A DNA stretch of 20,000 nucleotides from Malacoraja senta (Eukaryota). Under the pieces are notes generated by a model. It was not told the origin of the DNA, did not search any database, and saw only the letters and a program-made list of their open reading frames with translations. Positions 8,893 through 17,887 of the stretch are shown here, in pieces; the stretch's first letter is position 1; each line of letters begins with the position of its first letter. The stretch spans positions 238,085 through 258,084 of the forward strand of contig JAXLNO010000571.1 of the NCBI GenBank assembly GCA_038087875.1. Direction: 5' to 3'. The translations under genes were made by a program, and so were the position numbers.

Positions 8893-11110
8893 ATAAAGAG
8901 ACGCTGTCTTCACCGAGATCCCAGGGTCACTCTCCTCATTAACAGAACGAGTGTTATTGCTAAACTCGATACAGGAGCTCGTTGCAACATTCTGTCGTTA
9001 TCTGAGCTCCACAGAATTCTGATTGCTGAAGTCATGAAACGAACTGCTGCTACGTTACTTCCCTTTGGAGGGGGTGCAGTGCACCCTGTTGGAAGAGTCG
9101 AGTTACAGTGCCATCTAGCGTCACGTGTATACAATCTGAGCTTCTTTATTGTCCGAAAGAAAGTGAGCTCGGCGGTTCATCAACTGTCTACAACACATGG
9201 CTCCACTCAACAGTTCCTGTCACAATACAGAAATCTCTTCGACAACAAGCTTGGCAAGCTTCCCATAAAGTACACAATCACAACCAACCCAGAGGTCCTG
9301 CCAGTTGTCCGTCCCCCACCGGATTCCCCACGCTATGCGGGATCGCGTACAAAAAGAACTCAACAGGATGGAGTCTCGGGGTGTGATTGCTCCCGTTGTT
9401 GATTCATCGGACTGGGTCTCAACCATGGTAGTGGCAACCAAAAAGAACAAGGAAGAAATACAGATATGTATCAATCCCAAAGATTTAAACACTGCCATTA
9501 ACGACCACACTATCCCATGCGCACAGTGAAAGATGTCTCAACACAACAGTATTCTCAGTTCTAGACGCAAAGAGTTCATTCTGGCAGATTCCGTTGGATC
9601 ACAACTCTCCCAAGCTAACTACCTTCAGTACACCTTTTGGACGTTACAAATTCCTGGGCATGCCGTTCGGCATAAACACGGCAAGTGTAGTATTTCAGCG
9701 TGCCATGGAACAACTATTTGCTGGTTACCCATGCTCAATTATTGTTGATGACATTCTCATTGCTGGACAAAATGTCCAAGTACATGACGCAAATTTAAAG
9801 AGGGTTCTGGACCGCGCCAAAGAGATCAACCTCAAGTTTAACCCCCTAGAGTGCAAATTCCGGGTGAGTGAGGTGAACTTCGTGGGTCATGTATTCACCA
9901 GTGACGGCCTTATACCCGATCCATCAAAGATTATTGCAATTAATGAGTTACCAGCACCCATAGATGTGACCAGCCTGCAGAGATTGGTATGGTAAACTAT
10001 TTGGGAAAATTCATTCCGAATTTCAGCGAACTATCGGCCCCACTATGCCAGCTAAATCACAAAGATACTGTATGGTTCTGGCATGAACAGCAGCAGAGGA
10101 CATTCGACACTCTTAAACAACAGATGTCTTGTGCCCCCACCCTCACCTATTTCGATGTTAAGCTACCTGTCACACTGACTTGCGATGCCTCCCAGTATGG
10201 CTTAGGAGCAGCCTGCCTTCAAAACAACGGTGACGGCAACAGACCTGTGGCCTATGCCTCTCGCACCATGTCTGATTATATATGTGAGAAGGTAGAGTCC
10301 TGTGCGGTGTGCAACAGTTTGGAACCACTTCAACAAAAGCAGCCACTTCTCTCACACCTGGTTCCCGACCTCCCATGGTCCACAGTGGCAACTGACATTT
10401 TTGATTGGCATGGCAAACAATACCTGATCCTAGTCGACTCGTACTCCGGATGGTTTGAAATTGATCTACTCCGTAGCCCCACCTCCTCAGCGGTAGTCCA
10501 GAAACTGGCACGCCATTTCTCTGTCCACGGGGCTCCGTATCAACTAATTTCTGATAATGGCAGTCAATTTACCAGCCAGTACTTCAAAAACTTTGCTACA
10601 CGCTGGGACTTTCGTCATATCAGCAGCAGCCCTGAATACCCACAGTCAAACGGGTTGGCTGAACGTGCTGTCAGGAGTGCCAAACAAGTGATGGAGCGAT
10701 CCCACAGAGCAGGGCCAGACATTTTCCTAGACTTGCTCAACCTGCGCAACATTTTTTGTGATATTGTACTGGGCTCATCCACCCAGCGCCCAATGTCAAG
10801 ACAGACCCGAGCCACACTGCCTGTGGCAAAACAGACCATAGAACCGCAAGTTCGCACACCATCCAAAATCCAATCCAAGCTACAACAAAAACGAGACGTT
10901 CGAAAAAGATGGTATGACAAAATGAGCAGACCAATCCCACCACTATCTAAGGGGCAAGTAGTCCATCTACAAACAGAAAAGGGTCACGGCCGCCTCGGTG
11001 TAATATCTTGAACTGCTCCCAAACCACGTTCATATGCTGACGGCGGCACCTACAGATGTAATAGACAGCATATCCTGCCTGTGAATGAACCAGCGCCATC
11101 TCTGCACCAT
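8893..11110 (+). mobile_element. Ty3/Gypsy LTR-retrotransposon pol relic (PR-RT-RH-IN), frameshifted and internally deleted
   Basis: Protease AKLDTGARCNIL (DTG 8968-8976). RT motifs SDWVSTMVV, TTFSTPFGRYKFLGMPFG, IIVDDILI. RNase H LTCDASQYGLGA...PVAYASR. Integrase ATDIF, VDSYS, ISDNGSQF, PQSNGLAERAV. The domain order is diagnostic of Gypsy. Confidence 0.96.
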
Positions 11111-11133
11111 CCCGACCGCACAAGCATACTTCC

Positions 11134-11289
11134 ATCCCACTTCTGACACCATGTTGAATGATGAGACCCATGCACGGGAGTAATAACTCATAGTCTTTAT
11201 TGTAACACAAGCTGAGATAACATTACATGCTATCGTCTCCGTGGCCAGCATCTAGTCTGCTGGTGAGACAGTGATGTGCTATATTAACA
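11134..11289 (-). mobile_element. Short Gypsy-type 5' LTR (11152-11289) plus tRNA-Leu primer-binding site (11134-11151)
   Basis: The minus strand reads TGTTAAT...AATAAA...TTCAACA, followed immediately by TGGTGTCAGAAGTGGGAT, complementary to the 3' 18 nt of vertebrate tRNA-Leu(CAA). The outer end could instead be 11298 because of a TATTAACA duplication. Confidence 0.88.
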
Positions 11290-12067
11290 TTATTAACAAT
11301 CCAGGGTAGGGATGAAGATCTGGACTGGACTACATATGGAATGTGCAGCATGCATAATATTTGTGGTGATAGATATAGTAAAGGCAGACTAATATGGTTA
11401 ATCTACAGTTCAGTTCAGAACTTGCCTAACTTTCAAGAGATCATTTTCAAAAGTGCAGACAGCATCTTTAATCACTCTTTCCGCAATGTCTAGAAGGAGT
11501 AAAAAAACAAGGTTTAGGAATATATTGTTTAAGCTTGATTTTAAATAAACACATTTGCATTTACGTGGCACCTTTTCAAGATTTCACATTTTGCAATACT
11601 CCAGTTGGAAGCGGTGTATTTTAACTTCTAGTTTGACATTTGTAGTTGATCTTATCTGCTGCACGTTGCCTTTGTGCCATTCTTGTGGTCAACATTACTA
11701 CTTCCAGCCTAATTGTCACGTTGATCCTGCTGCCGTGGAATGGTCTGTGAGCAGCAGCCAGTCCTAAGGCAGTGAATCCTGAGATCCTGCCCCAAAGCCA
11801 TTTTAAAAACTGGATTTAAATTTAATGGGGGGTTTTTTTTTAATGAAGTTTACATAATAGTTTTAAACTCATTGAAGCCTTTTTTTTCCCTCCAAGACGT
11901 TTGATACTATGAGGTTTTCATCTACTTCAATGAAATAATTAATGATCACTTCTAGATTGGCTTCTAAAGAGTCTTCAACACAGTAAATCTCTATACTTTC
12001 TGGATCATCAAATCATCAATAGGTTGCTGATAAAGCAGGACTGAAATCGTCTCAGGTTTAATTAGAG

Positions 12068-12410
12068 CAGGGGTCGGCAACCTTGTTCTGCATAGGGCCC
12101 TGGACGCATGTCTGTGAGCGGATGGCGGGCCACATCTATCACGTGTGCACATGGATCCTGCCCCGGATGGCAGGCATCAAATCACGTGTTCACAAAAGGT
12201 AGACAAAAATGCTGGAGAAACTCAGCGGGTGAGGCAGCCTCATGCAATCCTGCATGTCTCACCCGCTGAGTTTCTCCAGCGTTTTTGTCTGCCTTCGATT
12301 TTTCCAGCATCTGCAGTTCTTTCTTAAATGTGTTCACAGAAGGTGCGCTGCCGTACCGGCGGCTTTGCGCAGGATGCGGTACAGCCAGAGCTCGGGGCGC
12401 CCGGATGAGG
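12068..12410 (+). mobile_element. hAT-Charlie-type element, one end only, interrupted by a PLE insertion
   Basis: Terminus CAGGGGTCGGCAACC at 12068-12082, preceded by an nnnTAGAG target-like octamer. No partner TIR is seen in the window. Confidence 0.65.
12186..12344. mobile_element. Penelope tail insertion with 5' inversion (38-bp hairpin) and 15-bp TSD
   Basis: Arms 12196-12233 and 12258-12295 are inverted copies (36/38). The flanks are GTGTTCACAAAAGGT (12186-12200) and GTGTTCACAGAAGGT (12330-12344). Confidence 0.85.
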
Positions 12411-12424
12411 ACAGGGGAAAGGTC

Positions 12425-12466
12425 ACTCAAACCGGAAAAGGACAAGATGAGAGTTTTAGTAATAGT

Positions 12467-12496
<30 letters not shown>
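12425..12496 (-). repeat. Isolated Helitron 5'-end fragment followed by (GATA)n
   Basis: caaaccggaaaaggacaagatgagagttttagtaatagtataga matches the termini at 13245-13269 and 16537-16577. A GATA microsatellite spans 12468-12496. Confidence 0.7.
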
Positions 12497-12497
<1 letters not shown>

Positions 12498-12499
12498 TA

Positions 12500-13269
12500 C
12501 TAGACCAAGTGAGGGTCCCTGTCACACGGGAGGCCTGGTCCCCCAATGCATCCTGTTCCCCCAATGCAATAATCCACTACTCACCCATAGCCCCCACGGG
12601 AGTCCTGGTTCCCCAACGCAACACGATCCCCAACGCAATATTCCACCAGTCACCCATACCCCCACGGGAGGCCTGGTGCCCCAACGCAACCCGTTCCCCA
12701 AGGCAATATTCCACCACTCACCAGTTTCCCCATCGCAACCCGTTCCCCCAATGCAATATTCCACCACTCACCCATAGCCCCCAACTCCGCAGGGGCTGCT
12801 CATTTCACCTTATTTACCCTCCCTTATTTTAAACTTAAAAACAAATTCAGTGTACTGTGACTTTAAAATATATATTTTTAAATGCACCTTCCCTCCATGC
12901 TGTGAGGAATATACTTGCTCCCAGGAATATAAAAAAGGGATTGCAACATTGCAGGACTGAGTGTCCCGGGATTGCAACATTGTAGCTGGTAGGGTTACAA
13001 TCCCATTGTGAAGTCATAGCTGCAGAGGGAAGATTTTTTTTTTTCTCTCAAATTTGGATTTTCTTAATTAAAAAATGTGAAATAACTTGTGAAATATAAC
13101 AGCAATCTGAACGAAACTTGACATTAACCACTACAGGACAATTGTGAGTAAGGTAGTGCAAAAAAAATTGCACTAGCATGTACTGTTTTGGCGTAGTTCC
13201 AGGATCACATATGGACAGACAGACAGACAGACCAACAGAAACAAACAAGATGAGAGTTTTAGTAATATA
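12500..13269 (-). mobile_element. Non-autonomous Helitron (unit B)
   Basis: The minus-strand 3' end is ...CTTGGTCTAG|T with a partly deleted hairpin. It has a CCCCAACGCAA minisatellite, (CTGT)n near the 5' end, and 5' end TATATTACTAAAACTCTCATC. Confidence 0.82.
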
Positions 13270-13440
13270 CTAGACTAAGTGGGACCCATTGGGTCCCAGC
13301 ATCACAGGGGAGGGCTGGTCCCCCAACGCAATATTCCACCTCTCCACCAATATTGGTGGCTAGTGGGGGGGGGGGGGGGCTTTCTGGAACGCTAGTATGG
13401 GTGTTGTGCGCTGAAGGGACAGGTTTCCAGAAGGCTAGTA

Positions 13441-14386
13441 TAATAATAATAATAATCATTTTATTTACTGGCGCCTTTCTAAAACCCAAGGACACCTTAC
13501 AATGCATAGAGTCACAAAAAAAATACAAAACACATAATCTGAATAAATTAAATATAAAAACACCACAGTACACAAATCAAGGACAGAATTCAATTTCAAG
13601 AGCACCAAAAGAAAATAAGAAACATAATTTGAGGAGAGAGCAGCGGCGACCAATTCGCGCCAGCGTCCACTCTCCCCTCCGACCGCCATCTTGCACACAG
13701 ACTAACAGGCACAGCACACAAAATCATCCCCCCACAATGACCACCACTGTGGGGGAAGGCACAATGTCCAGTCCCCAACCCAGTTCTCCCCAGAGTCAGG
13801 CCCAATGAGGCCTCCACAGTTGCCTCTACGGAGGCCCAATGTTCCTGGCCGTCGGGAAAGTCCTCGCAGCGGCTGGAACGGCCGGTTTCCCGACGGAGTC
13901 GATGGCACCTGAAGCCGACAGGGCCGCGCCGATTTGGAGCCACGAGGCTCCTGATGTTGGAGTCGGCGCCGCCACCCGCGGCTGGTCGCTCCGCAGTCCC
14001 GCAGCCCAGAGGTGTTGATGTCCACGGTCCAGCTCACCGGAGCTCCAGCGCGTCGACAAAGCGCGGCGACCCAGGCAAGGCATCGCCCACTACGCTCCCC
14101 GATAGCGCTCCAGCGCTGTGCCGCCCACCGAAGCTGAAGGTGCTGGGCGGTCCCCGCCAGGAAACGGCGCTCCATGCCCGCTGGTAGGCCACGAGGATGG
14201 GTCGACGAGGCAGCCTCACCGACCAGGTAGGGACCTAGAAATAGTTACCCCCTTACCCCCCCACATTAAAAGTCAAAACCCCCCAAACAAACAAAGAAAT
14301 AAAAAACACTAAAACAAAAGAAAGAGTGAATTTGACGGACGGCTGCTGTTTAGCAGCCGTTCCTCCAAGATGGCGGCTCCTCCATC
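13441..14386 (-). mobile_element. Non-coding CpG-rich retroposon with L2-like 3' end and (TTA)n tail
   Basis: The minus-strand end is tgtaaggtgtccttgggttttagaaaggcgccagtaaataaaatg(att)n. The start is ggaggagccgccatcttgg. There is no tRNA head and no credible ORF. The host Helitron resumes at gtatggacattgtgggccg. Confidence 0.7.
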
Positions 14387-14515
14387 TATGTATGGACATT
14401 GTGGGCCGAAAAGATTCTTGGGCTGGCAGCTCAGTCACTCAAGCCTGTTGTGCTGGCAGCTCACTCACAGCTGGTAGGCTGGCAGTTGACTCACGGCTAT
14501 TCCTTGAAATTCCAT

Positions 14516-14633
14516 TTCAAGCAGGTTGCAAGGCCACCAAATTCAAGTGCAGTTTCTTACCACTTCAAGCAGGGTGCAAGGCCACCAAATTCAAGTGCAG
14601 TTTCATATCATTTCTAGCAGGCTGCAAGGCCAC
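14516..14633. repeat. 48-bp tandem repeat, ~2.5 copies
   Basis: Unit ttcaagcaggNtgcaaggccaccaaattcaagtgcagtttc... with GCAGG at 14521, 14569 and 14617. Confidence 0.9.
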
Positions 14634-14972
14634 TAAGGGCAGCGAGTGTGACCTCTCCCTCCTCCATCTTGCAGAGACTGAGCCATGCCCACACTTCTGG
14701 GTTTTATAGTTCCTCCCCCCCCCCCCCCCCCAGCAGAAGGGGCGTGGCCTTCATGGCGTGATTGATAGGAGAGAGAATCTCAACATTTTTTAAACACTAA
14801 TAACTCTTTTACTTTTCATTAATGGGATAAATCCTCAGCACCTGATGAGCGGAGGGGGACGAGTAAGTTGGCCAGAAATCACAGCCGTACGTGGTAGCGT
14901 TTTTTTCTAAAATCAATATAAAGCGCAAACAGGAAGTGGTCAAGATTAGACTTTTAATTATATAGCAGGAAT

Positions 14973-15129
14973 GGCAACTTTAATTAGGCATGGCAACTTT
15001 AATTAGGCAAGGCAACTTTAATTAGGCAAGGCAACTTTAATTAGGCAACACAGCTTTAGCATTTCCAAACCAAAGGCAACACAGCTTTAGCATTTCCAAA
15101 CCAAAGGCAACACAGCTTTAGCATTTCCA
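14973..15129. repeat. Adjacent 19-bp (x4) and 31-bp (x~2.8) minisatellites
   Basis: GGCAACTTTAATTAGGCAA/T at 14973, 14992, 15011 and 15030. GGCAACACAGCTTTAGCATTTCCAAACCAAA at 15044, 15075 and 15106. Confidence 0.92.
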
Positions 15130-15532
15130 GACTATATTTTCAAACCACATTAAGGGCACTGACAGGTCAGTAAAACCACTCACAGTTTAGTAGACATGTG
15201 TTCAATGTTATTCACAGCTCAGACTGAGAGACGTGACCCTCTCGCTTCCCCCATCTTGCAGAGACTGACTGAGGCACTCAACACTTCCAGGTTTTATAGT
15301 CCCTCTGGAAGGGGCGTGGCCTTCAGGAGAGAGAATCTCAACATTTTTTAAACACTAATAACTTATTTTTCATCGATGGGAAAAATCCTCTTGTCCTGCG
15401 CAGCGGAGGGGGGCTCTGAGTAAGATGGCCCAAAATCACAGCCGTAAGTGGCAGCGTTTTTTCTAAAATCAATATACAGAACAACAGGAAGTGGTCAAGA
15501 TCAGACTTTTAGTAATATAGATATTGGGCTGA

Positions 15533-16577
15533 CTAGATTAAGTGGGACCCATTGGGTCCCTGTCACAGGGGAGGCCTGGTCCCCCAATGCAACCGGTTCC
15601 CCAATGCAATATTCCACCACTCACCCATTCCCCCATTGCAACCTGTTCCCCAACGCAATATTGCACCACCCACACATAGCCCCCAACTACGCAGGCACGG
15701 CTCATTTCCCCTCATCCCCCTGCAATTCTTCCTCCTGCTTTTCACCCTCCCTCTTCTTTCCCCTCTCCTCCTCCCAATCCCTCCCTCATCTCTCCCTCCC
15801 TCTCCTTTCCCCTATTCTCAGTCATTCCCTCCATAACTCCTCTCCCCTCCCTACCCCCTCCTATCCCTCTATCCTCCCCCCCCACTCCTCACCCCTATTT
15901 CTCTTGACCTCCCACACTGCACTCCTTTCCCTCTATTCCCCACTCCCTACCTCCCCCACTCCTCTCCCTCTATTCCCCTTCCTTCCCCACTCTCCTCACC
16001 TCCCCCACTTTCCCCCTCTCCTTCCCTACCCCTTCTTCTCCCTCAATCCCCCCACACTCTCTCCTCACCTCTCCAGGATCTTTCCCCTCTCCTCCTTCCC
16101 TCCCCAATCCCTCCTTTCCTCTCCTTTCCCCTACCCTCAGTCGCTCCCTCCCTCCAGTAAAACCAGCATCTGCAGTTCCTTCCTCCACAGGTCATTCATT
16201 GTTAGCTGTGGTTTAGATCCCATTGACTTGACGATTGGACCAGTTACTGAAACTCCACACAAACTGCACGGCCACCCTGCAACCCGACTCTCCCTCCCTC
16301 CCTCCACTCTGCCCACTCCGGCTGGGCCGCCGCTCGGCCCGTCCCCGCCCTGTCCGACCACCCGCTGCTGCCGCTCGGCCCGTCCCTGCTCTGCCTGCCC
16401 GTCCCCGTCCTGCTCACCTGCCTGCCACCGATCGGAATGAAACGTGTTGCACTCGCAGAACAGGAGAACGGTGAGTAACCTGGCAATTAATCATATTGCT
16501 ATCGAGTACCGTTTTTGTGCAAATAGAAAAAAACGCGCAAACCGGAAGAGCACAAGATCAGAGTTTTAGTTATGTAG
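15533..16577 (-). mobile_element. Non-autonomous Helitron (unit D) with long polypyrimidine interior
   Basis: CTAG at 15533 with the GGGACCCATTGGGTCCC hairpin at 15544-15560. The first ~190 bp are homologous to unit B. The 5' end is acaagatcagagttttagttatg (16552-16575). A C/T tract spans 15705-16155. Confidence 0.85.
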
Positions 16578-16579
16578 TA

Positions 16580-16795
16580 GTTTGACTGCCTGACCGCGGG
16601 AGAAGAACAGGGAAGAGATCAGAAGTTTTGCCTTCCATCACCATGAGGAGGTGTCTGGAGATTCACTGTGATGGATGTTTGTGTTAAACTGTGTTAATTG
16701 TGTGTTTTGTTTTTTTGCTGTTATGACTGCAGGGAACAAAATTTCATTCAAACCTTTGTTTGAATGACAATAAAGGAAATTCTATTCTATTCTAA
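16580..16795 (+). mobile_element. Retroposon 3' fragment with stem-loop, AATAAA and (TTCTA)n tail
   Basis: aatttcattcaaac-cttt-gtttgaatgacaataaaggaaattctattctattcta resembles Rex1-type LINE-mobilised tails. Confidence 0.6.
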
Positions 16796-16796
16796 A

Positions 16797-17520
16797 TGAG
16801 ATTCCATTGTGATGTACCCATTGCCCCAACGCAACCCATTCCCCCAACGCAACCCATTCCCCCAACGCAATATTCCACCATTCACCCATAGCCCCCAACT
16901 GCGCAGGCACGTCTCATACACTCCCTCCCCCTCGTCTTCACCCTCCCTCTTTTCTCCCCTCTCCTCCTCCACTCCCTCACCTCTCCCTCCCTCTCTTTCC
17001 CTACCCTCAGTCACTCCCTCCCTCACCACTCCCCTTTCGCACTCCCCCACTAAACACAATGTTTAGATAACATTTCTTCTCCTCCCCTCCCCCACTCCCT
17101 ACCTCTCCTTACAACAATGTAAGAAATCTCTCATTGCATTGGCTGGAGCTCATCCCAACATGTTGATTGGCAGCTGAGATCCCATTGTGATGTAATTGTC
17201 GGGTGGCGGAATGTTTACGGCAGCGTATGTAAATGAGATCCCATTGTGATTGGAGGACTGTGAGATCCCATTGTGAGGTCATAGCTGCTAACTGCCAGAA
17301 TCTCCGATCAATTGTCCCAGGATCTGTCAAGTTCCTCTCAAAGTGTTTTTTTAAAAACTTGTAAATGTCAATAACTTGTGAAATATAACATCAATCTGAA
17401 TGAAACTTTACACGAACGACTACGGGTCAAAGGTGAGTAAGGTGGTGCAAAATGTTGTGCTATTGTGCACCGTTTTGCCATAGGTCCGTGATCACATGAA
17501 AACAGACAGACAGACAAGAT
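16797..17520 (-). mobile_element. Helitron unit E (B-like), both termini missing
   Basis: It has the same CCCCAACGCAA minisatellite. 17362-17520 aligns by eye with 13075-13250, including (GACA)n and ACAAGAT. Confidence 0.78.
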
Positions 17521-17585
17521 AGATCTATCTATATCTACAGACAGACAGACCTCTCTATCTCTATCACTCCCTCCCTCCCTCCCCC

Positions 17586-17880
17586 TGGGATGGAAATGTC
17601 AAATACTAGAGGGTATAGTTCTAAGATGAGAAAGGGTAAGTTTAAAGGAGATTTGCAAGGCACGTTTTCAATTTATTTCTTGCGCTGAGAGTATTAGATG
17701 CCTGGAATGAATTCCTAATGGAGGTGGTAGATGCAAATATGACGGAAATGTTTCTGAGGCATTTAGGTAAACATAAACAGGCAAGGAATGGAGGGATATA
17801 GACAATGTGCAGTTAGATAGGATTAGCATCATGGTCAGTGCAGAGTTGGTGGTCCCAAACGCCTGTTGCTGTTCTGTCAC
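17586..17880 (+). mobile_element. CR1 (HER1-like) LINE 3' end, degraded
   Basis: tcaaatactagagggtatag...tttaaaggagat...gcctggaatg...gaggtggtaga...catttag...ggaatggagggatat...gcctgttgctgttctgt follows the typical elasmobranch CR1 3' sequence. Confidence 0.78.
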
Positions 17881-17887
17881 TGGTGAT

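Larger units (their letters stand above)
13270..15521 (-). mobile_element. Non-autonomous composite Helitron (unit C), interrupted at 13441-14386
   Basis: 5' terminus A|TCTATATTACTAAAAGTCTG at 15521. Hairpin GGGACCC-AAT-GGGTCCC (13281-13297) lies 11 nt from the CTAG|T 3' end. Internal duplication 14648-14965 vs 15232-15521. Confidence 0.88.

Noticed and set aside
9989..11011. 340-aa integrase ORF as a domesticated gene
   Set aside because: It is embedded in a frameshifted pol relic, lacks part of the HHCC domain, ends at a premature stop, and has no promoter or splice evidence.
11134..11151. tRNA-Leu 3' end including CCA as a possible tRNA gene
   Set aside because: Only 18 nt with encoded CCA, directly adjoining an LTR, so it is a primer-binding site.
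12540..12790. Regularly recurring CCCCAACGCAA units resembling a CRISPR array
   Set aside because: The spacers are not unique and the units are degenerate. The context is vertebrate with no cas genes; this is a Helitron minisatellite.
14326..14709. ORF with repeated QAGCKATKFKCSF peptide
   Set aside because: An artefact of the 48-bp tandem repeat (a multiple of 3) in a Helitron.
15448..16440. 330-aa Pro/Ser/Leu-rich ORF
   Set aside because: It is the translation of a C/T low-complexity tract inside a Helitron, spans an element boundary and has no domain.
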